Assembly: GCA_013203315.1 (NCBI GenBank)
Contig: JABMQJ010000004.1
Location: 1 to 39,938 of the forward strand
DNA length: 39,938 nucleotides
Direction of reading: 5' to 3'
DNA from: Candidatus Omnitrophota bacterium
GTDB lineage: Bacteria; Omnitrophota; Gorgyraeia; JABMRN01; RBG-13-46-9
The notes beneath the pieces were generated by a model, which was given only the letters and a program-made list of their open reading frames with translations, had not been told where the DNA came from and ran no database searches. Shown one piece after another: positions 34,124 to 39,938 of the stretch. How positions within the stretch are numbered: position 1 is the stretch's first letter; each line of letters starts with the position of its first letter. The position numbers were made by a program, and so were the translations under genes.

Positions 34124-36583
34124 TTATTGCTTCGACTTAAGCCACTCGAGGCGCTTTTTTGCATATTCCGATTCTTTCACGCCCCTCTCTGCCAACCTCT
34201 CATACACCTTTACGGCTTGGTCTCGTTTCTTGGCTTCTTCCAAAAGGCTGCCGCATTTTAATTCTGCCCTTGCAGCCCAAAAGGTGTTTCGAGGATACAT
34301 ATAACTTATTTTTAAATATTCCACAATCGCATCTTCCACATCGCCTTTCCGCTCAAAAGACTGCGCTATGTCATATTGAATCTGCGCGTTAAAATCAGTG
34401 TCTTCCTGGGTCTGGGCTTTTTTGAAGCATTCTATGGCCTGAACAAAATCCCCTTTGTCCATAAAAATATGGCCTATTTTCCGATTGGCATTTCTTGCAA
34501 ACGGCATGTCCTCATGTTTATCCGTAATAAGCTTGAATTCGCCCAAAGCTTCATCCTGCTTACCTTGTTCAAGAAGGATGTCTCCCGTACGGAATATAGC
34601 CTCCTCGTACCACTCGCTATCAGGGTAATTCTTGTAAAGTGTCCGGAATTCTTCTACGGCGCGGCTGGGCTCGCCTTCTTCGTAAAGGGTCCAGGCTAAC
34701 CAGTAAAATGCGTCATCCACAAAATCAGAACGCGGATATTCTGAAACAACAGAATTAAAATACTTTTTGGCGTCTTTCAACTTTCCCTTGCCATAATAAT
34801 ACTCTCCGAACCACATCTTTACGCCTGCAGCAATATGCGCATCGGGATATTGTTTTAGTACAGCTTCGAATTCCTTGAGCGCTTCTTTATCCCTACGCAT
34901 CCGATAATAAGACCATCCGAGTTGATAGCGCGCTGTTTTTACAAGCTCTGTGTCTTTTTTATCTTTTATGATGCTTTTAAAAATAGGGATTGCCTCGTTA
35001 TATCTATTTGCATTATAAAGAGAGAGCGCTTCCTGAAAAAGCGCATTCTGCTTTAGCGGGCTCTTGGGAGTATTTTTTGTAATTTCATCGAACTGGTCAG
35101 CGGCTAAATTGAAATTTCCTTTTTTAAAATAAAGAAGCCCGAGTTGATATTGCGCTTTGTCCCGTAAATGAGAACCCGGGAAATGTGCCAGGAGATATTG
35201 AAACGCTAGAATGCTGGCATCGATTTTATCCGTTACAGAAAGGAGCCTTCCTACTTCATATTGCGCGTAGTCTGCCCAAACGCTTGTAGGAAATTTGTTC
35301 AATATAGCATCGTATGTTTCGATGGCTTGGTCATATCTCTTTAATTTTTCGTTTATTTCCGCCATCCTGCAAAAAGCACCTATAACGAGCTCGGTATCTG
35401 AGGAATTTTCTGCAACTTTTTGGAATTCCTGCTTTGCCTCATCCAGGTTGTTCTCTTCCCGTAGCGCCCAGCCAAGGTTGTACCGAATTTCATCGGTGAG
35501 TTCACTTGCGGGAAAATTTGCTGCGGCATTTCGGTATATTTTGATAGCGCCGGCAAAATCTCCTTCGCTGTAATACAACTCGCCCAGCCAATAGTAAGCG
35601 TCATCTGCCCATTTACTTTTTTTGAAGTCTTCGGCAATCTCAAGATACACCTTCTTTGCCTTATCGAGATCGCCCAATTTTTCGTAGGATTGTGCTGCGC
35701 CGAAAAGGCTTCCGGCAATCAGGTCGGGATCATAAAATTTTTCTCTGCATTTTCGGAAAGCATCAAGAGCTTTGTTGAAATCCTTTAATTCAAAATATGC
35801 CCTGCCTTTTTTGTAAAGGGCCATGCTGATCCAGCTCGCGTTTTTTGACATTGAAAGTGCCACGTCAAAGTTCCGTAACGCGTCTTTAAAATCTCCGAGA
35901 TAAAAACTCGAGTCACCCAACATGTAATATGCGTCGCTGACCTTGTCGGTGAGAGCATGCTTTTTCAGAAAGCTATGCAGCCTGAGGCGCGCCTTAGCAA
36001 ATTCCTGCTTTTCGTATAATATCTCGCATATTTTATAATTCGCCTTTACGGCTAATGTGTCCTTAGGGAATTTGGCTAAAACAATTTCAAAGTCCTCCAG
36101 GGCGCGGGCGTAATCTTTTAATTCATAGTAACACCAGCCGATTGAATAGTGAGCGAATACAAGATACGGTGAGTTTTCATATCCACGTATAAGCTTATTA
36201 TAATACTCTATGGCCCTTTGGAAATCCTGAGATTTAAAGTAAACCTCGGCAGTCCAGTAGAGCGCTTCGTCAATACGCTCGCCTGTTTCGGGACGTTCGC
36301 TCACCAGTTGGAACTCATATAGTGCTTTTTTAAGCTCCCCCTGGTTATAAAAACACTTGCCAAGTAGAATGTGAACCTGAGCTTTTCGCGAGGAATCGGG
36401 GTGTCTTTCAAGAAAGGACCGCAATTTCCTTTCAGCAAGGGCGTAAAATCCGTCATTAAACGCCTTTTTGGCAAAAAGGATATCGCCTTCCTCTTGTTGC
36501 GCATATAGGTGGCAATTAGAAGGATAGCTTGTGATGATTACACAAATGATAAGGATATATAACCGTTTATATATATACCTCAT
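34124..36583 (-). CDS. large periplasmic TPR protein (CpoB/BamD-like repeats)
   Basis: Many A.Y..G..Y......A...F......P.S repeats; signal-like N-terminus; upstream of exbBD-tonB. Confidence 0.92.
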   Translation of the reverse strand: MRYIYKRLYILIICVIITSYPSNCHLYAQQEEGDILFAKKAFNDGFYALAERKLRSFLERHPDSSRKAQVHILLGKCFYNQGELKKALYEFQLVSERPETGERIDEALYWTAEVYFKSQDFQRAIEYYNKLIRGYENSPYLVFAHYSIGWCYYELKDYARALEDFEIVLAKFPKDTLAVKANYKICEILYEKQEFAKARLRLHSFLKKHALTDKVSDAYYMLGDSSFYLGDFKDALRNFDVALSMSKNASWISMALYKKGRAYFELKDFNKALDAFRKCREKFYDPDLIAGSLFGAAQSYEKLGDLDKAKKVYLEIAEDFKKSKWADDAYYWLGELYYSEGDFAGAIKIYRNAAANFPASELTDEIRYNLGWALREENNLDEAKQEFQKVAENSSDTELVIGAFCRMAEINEKLKRYDQAIETYDAILNKFPTSVWADYAQYEVGRLLSVTDKIDASILAFQYLLAHFPGSHLRDKAQYQLGLLYFKKGNFNLAADQFDEITKNTPKSPLKQNALFQEALSLYNANRYNEAIPIFKSIIKDKKDTELVKTARYQLGWSYYRMRRDKEALKEFEAVLKQYPDAHIAAGVKMWFGEYYYGKGKLKDAKKYFNSVVSEYPRSDFVDDAFYWLAWTLYEEGEPSRAVEEFRTLYKNYPDSEWYEEAIFRTGDILLEQGKQDEALGEFKLITDKHEDMPFARNANRKIGHIFMDKGDFVQAIECFKKAQTQEDTDFNAQIQYDIAQSFERKGDVEDAIVEYLKISYMYPRNTFWAARAELKCGSLLEEAKKRDQAVKVYERLAERGVKESEYAKKRLEWLKSKQ

Positions 36584-36670
36584 AATAGCCTATTATACTA
36601 CCACTGAAGCCAACCCCGCGCAAGTGTTTTTCCTCCTAAGCCTCTTTTCTATTTTTGCGAGTCCTACCAA

Positions 36671-36843
36671 CTAGCGGAATGAGAGGGTATTAGTGAGGGC
36701 GGCATGGCACAATAACGGCGGAGCTCTTTCTTCTTCAAAAAATTGTAGTAAGCTGAATGTATATATTTGTAATTATGGAAAGAAAGGATCTCCTATAATC
36801 GGCAAAAAAAGCCGCCCTCACTAATACCCTCTCATTCCGCTAG
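36671..36843. mobile_element. MITE-like element with 33-bp perfect terminal inverted repeats
   Basis: 36671-36703 CTAGCGGAATGAGAGGGTATTAGTGAGGGCGGC is the exact reverse complement of 36811-36843; no transposase-sized ORF inside. Confidence 0.7.
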
Positions 36844-36853
36844 CTTTGGCTTC

Positions 36854-39655
36854 TTATTTTTTGTTTAGGATTGCTTTAAGGAATTGGCCGGTGTAGGAGG
36901 ATTTGATTTTTGCGACTTCTTCGGGAGAGCCGCTTGCCACAATTTTACCGCCTGAATCGCCGCCTTCGGGCCCGAGATCAATTATGTAGTCGGCTTGCTT
37001 TACCACATCGAGATTATGCTCGATAACTAAAACAGAGTTTCCCGCGTCAACAAGTCGCTGCAGGACGCCTAATAGCTTGTCTATATCGGCAAAATGCAGG
37101 CCTGTTGTCGGTTCATCAAGGATGTAAAAGGTCTTTCCTGTAGATCGCTTCGAAAGTTCCGTTGAAAGTTTAACCCTTTGCGCCTCTCCCCCGGAAAGTG
37201 TTGTGGCTGATTGGCCTAATTTAATATAGCCCAAGCCCACATCAAAGAGCGTCTGGAGTTTTGTTTTTACCGAAGGTATGTTTTCAAAAACTTCAAGCGC
37301 TTCCCGAACGCTCATGCCAAGCACATCAGCGATAGATTTTCCTTTATATTTTACGGCCAGGGTTTGTTCGTTAAACCTGGCACCCTTGCAGATTTCACAA
37401 GGAACGTAAACATCCGGCAAAAAATGCATTTCGATCTTTTTTATCCCGTCGCCGGAGCACGCTTCACACCTTCCGCCTTTCACGTTAAAACTGAATCTTC
37501 CGGGTTTAAAACCCCGCATCCTGGATTCCGGTAGGCATGAAAAAAGCGTCCTTATAGGGCTGAAAATGCCCGTATACGTAGCGGGATTACTTCTGGGGGT
37601 TCTGCCGATAGGAGATTGGTCTATAACAATAACTTTATCTATATGCTCTGTGCCTAAAATTTTATCATGAAGACCGGGTTTTTCTTTTGATTTGTAGAAT
37701 TTCTTGGCAAGCGCCCTATAGAGTATCTCATCGATAAGTGTACTCTTTCCTGATCCGGAAAGCCCTGTAATGGCCGTAAAAACACCAAGCGGTATTCTTG
37801 CGTTAATATTTTTTAAATTATGTTCTCTTGCGCCGATGATTTCAAGTAACTTTCTTTTTTTGTAATTACGTCTTTTTTTGGGAATTTTTATTTTTAATTC
37901 GCCCCTTAGGTATTTTCCCGTCGGGGATTTTTTTTCCTTTAGGATATCATCCAGGGAACCCGAAGCCACTATCTCCCCGCCGTGCTCTCCGGCGCCGGGT
38001 CCAAGGTCAATCAAAAAATCCGCTTTTCGTATAGTCGCTTCATCGTGCTCGACAACGATAAGGGTATTGCCCAGGTCGCGAAGCGCTGTAAGCGTATCCA
38101 GAAGTTTTGAATTGTCTCTCTGATGCAAACCTATGCTCGGCTCATCAAGAATATAAAGCACGCCGACTAGCCCCGCTCCGATTTGCGTTGCAAGTCGTAT
38201 TCGCTGCGCCTCTCCTCCCGACAATGTGCTGCTTCTCCTGTCAAGCGTTAGATAATCCAATCCCACGTTTGTCATAAAGGTCAATCTGGATATTATTTCT
38301 TTTAGGGCCTGATGTGCTATTAATTTTTCGGTTGGGGTAAGTTTTAAATTCGTAAAAAAATTCTTTGCATCTTTTATTGATAATTCCGTTATTTCGATTA
38401 TATTTTTTTCTGAAATCGTAACCGAAAGTACTTCGGGTTTTAGCCTTTTTCCGTAGCATCCGGGACATGGTAAAACGGACATATATTTATTAATTTCGGT
38501 TTTAATGTATTCCGACTGCGTCTCACGAAATCTTCTCTCGAGATTGGGTATTACGCCTTCAAAGTCTCCGCCACGATCTTCGTCACCGTAGAAAACGATC
38601 TTCCGCATATCCTTGGTAAGTTTTTTGTATGGCGTGTAAACATCAAAATCATAGTCCCTTGCAAGGGCCCTCAGATACCGCCTGAAATAGAGAATGAGTC
38701 CCTTGCCTCCCCTTCTCCACGGCTCTACGGCCTCAAGAAGCGGCCGAGATTTATTCGGAACTATGAGGTCAGGATCTATCTCCATTTTGTTTCCGAGCCC
38801 ACCGCACTGTTGACATGCCCCATACGGACTATTGAACGAAAACATTCTTGGTGCCAGCTCTTCAAAACTTAATCCGCAATCCGCGCATGCATTTTTCTCA
38901 CTGAAAAGAATATCCTTAGTTTTATTATTTTTGTCTGTAAAATTTGCGATTACAACGCCGCTACCCATGGCAAGCGCTGTCTCGACAGAATCGGTGAGCC
39001 TCTTTTTCACATTATCACCCATAACAAGCCTGTCAATTACCACTTCTATGGTATGCTTCTTATTTTTATGCAGCTTCACGTCCTTATCTTCCAAGTTTAA
39101 CACTTTTCCGTCGACACGGGCGCGCAGAAAGCCATCCTTTCGCAATCCGGAAAATAAATCTTTATATTCTCCCTTCCTCCCCTTTACGCGCGGGGCAAGA
39201 AGCATGATTTTTGCGTTTCTCGGAAGATCGAGAATTTTTCCCGTGATCTCTTGTGAACTTTGTCTTGTGATTTTTTTACCGCATTTCGGGCAGTGCGGCA
39301 CACCGATCCTCGCAAAAAGGAGCCTCAGATAATCATAAATTTCTGTTTGAGTTCCGACTGTAGAGCGTGGGTTAGAACCTGCTGAACGCTGCTCAATGCT
39401 TATGGCGGGTGATAGCCCCTCTATATACTCAACATTTGGCTTCTGCAGCTGGTCAAGAAATTGCCTGGCATAACTTGAAAGACTTTCCACGTATCTGCGC
39501 TGTCCTTCGGCATAAATCGTGTCAAACGCAAGCGAGCTTTTTCCCGATCCTGAGAGGCCTGTTACCACACACAGGGTGTTTCGCGGAATCTCCAGGTCTA
39601 TATTTTTAAGATTATGCTCTTTGGCACCCTTTATAAAAATAGTTTTCTTCTCCAT
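36854..39655 (-). CDS. uvrA: excinuclease ABC subunit A (start MEKKTIF)
   Basis: Two GLSGSGKS Walker A motifs, LSGGEAQR signatures, zinc fingers; the 30-aa ORF-track extension runs largely within the upstream inverted repeat. Confidence 0.98.
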   Translation of the reverse strand: MEKKTIFIKGAKEHNLKNIDLEIPRNTLCVVTGLSGSGKSSLAFDTIYAEGQRRYVESLSSYARQFLDQLQKPNVEYIEGLSPAISIEQRSAGSNPRSTVGTQTEIYDYLRLLFARIGVPHCPKCGKKITRQSSQEITGKILDLPRNAKIMLLAPRVKGRKGEYKDLFSGLRKDGFLRARVDGKVLNLEDKDVKLHKNKKHTIEVVIDRLVMGDNVKKRLTDSVETALAMGSGVVIANFTDKNNKTKDILFSEKNACADCGLSFEELAPRMFSFNSPYGACQQCGGLGNKMEIDPDLIVPNKSRPLLEAVEPWRRGGKGLILYFRRYLRALARDYDFDVYTPYKKLTKDMRKIVFYGDEDRGGDFEGVIPNLERRFRETQSEYIKTEINKYMSVLPCPGCYGKRLKPEVLSVTISEKNIIEITELSIKDAKNFFTNLKLTPTEKLIAHQALKEIISRLTFMTNVGLDYLTLDRRSSTLSGGEAQRIRLATQIGAGLVGVLYILDEPSIGLHQRDNSKLLDTLTALRDLGNTLIVVEHDEATIRKADFLIDLGPGAGEHGGEIVASGSLDDILKEKKSPTGKYLRGELKIKIPKKRRNYKKRKLLEIIGAREHNLKNINARIPLGVFTAITGLSGSGKSTLIDEILYRALAKKFYKSKEKPGLHDKILGTEHIDKVIVIDQSPIGRTPRSNPATYTGIFSPIRTLFSCLPESRMRGFKPGRFSFNVKGGRCEACSGDGIKKIEMHFLPDVYVPCEICKGARFNEQTLAVKYKGKSIADVLGMSVREALEVFENIPSVKTKLQTLFDVGLGYIKLGQSATTLSGGEAQRVKLSTELSKRSTGKTFYILDEPTTGLHFADIDKLLGVLQRLVDAGNSVLVIEHNLDVVKQADYIIDLGPEGGDSGGKIVASGSPEEVAKIKSSYTGQFLKAILNKK

Positions 39656-39677
39656 AATTGCTATTATTTTAACATAT

Positions 39678-39938
39678 GTGCGCCAGAAGTCAACACTGCC
39701 TGCTCTACCAAAATAAGAAGCAAGAGATGCAATTCCTTTCCCCACGAAAATTTCTGCTTCGTAAAAACAAACCTTCGTCTTTTATCTCGATTTTCAGAAA
39801 GGATGCCTATCGACATCCTTGAGGAAATATCTAAAAATCTCGATAAAAGACTGAAATTTTATAAGAAAGGGGGCCCTTTGGAATTGCATCTCTTGCTTCT
39901 TATTTTGGTAGAGCAGGCAGTGTTGACTTCTGGCGCAC
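39678..39938. repeat. long perfect inverted repeat (at least 59 bp arms) reaching the window end
   Basis: 39678-39736 is the exact reverse complement of 39880-39938. Confidence 0.85.

Noticed and set aside
309-39716. Numerous antisense or alternate-frame ORFs in the ORF track
   Set aside because: They overlap well-supported genes and show no recognisable motifs.
39656-39745. 30-aa N-terminal extension of UvrA
   Set aside because: Runs through the promoter and the inverted-repeat arm; UvrA-like sequence begins at [11 protein letters not shown].

Overview
This window has two parts. Coordinates ~1-12,100 are an AT-richer accessory hotspot, and ~12,200-39,938 is mostly ordinary housekeeping backbone on the minus strand (rpoD, dnaG, NIF3-like, cvpA-like, mtaB, rsmE, amrA, tRNA-Ala(CGC), deacetylase, TonB/ExbD/ExbB/TPR, uvrA, plus c-di-GMP genes). 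The gene style (PEP-CTERM, PilZ, many TPR proteins) suggests an uncultured diderm such as Ca. Omnitrophota; this is inference only. The most striking structure is a ~6 kb element (1-6008) bounded by a direct repeat of the 5' half of a tRNA(CAT). It carries a phage-type tyrosine integrase preceded by a head-to-tail array of unrelated small genes. Almost every gene junction in the array holds the same ~20-25 bp site (minus strand consensus about CCCAAAGTAA-AGGAGAT-GTTTA, followed by GGTG or by n4-GGAGGAATGATGGAG). The site usually carries the upstream stop codon and supplies the downstream RBS/start codon, including that of the integrase itself. Some sites are stacked ~30 bp apart like empty cassettes, and an orphan copy sits at ~10,420. 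This looks like an integron-like cassette capture system that uses neither attC hairpins nor an IntI-type integrase. A second degenerate copy of the element end (9579-9720), a shared promoter block (4265-4356 / 11062-11151), a diguanylate cyclase whose stop codon lies inside tRNA-Ala, and two long inverted repeats flanking uvrA are also visible.
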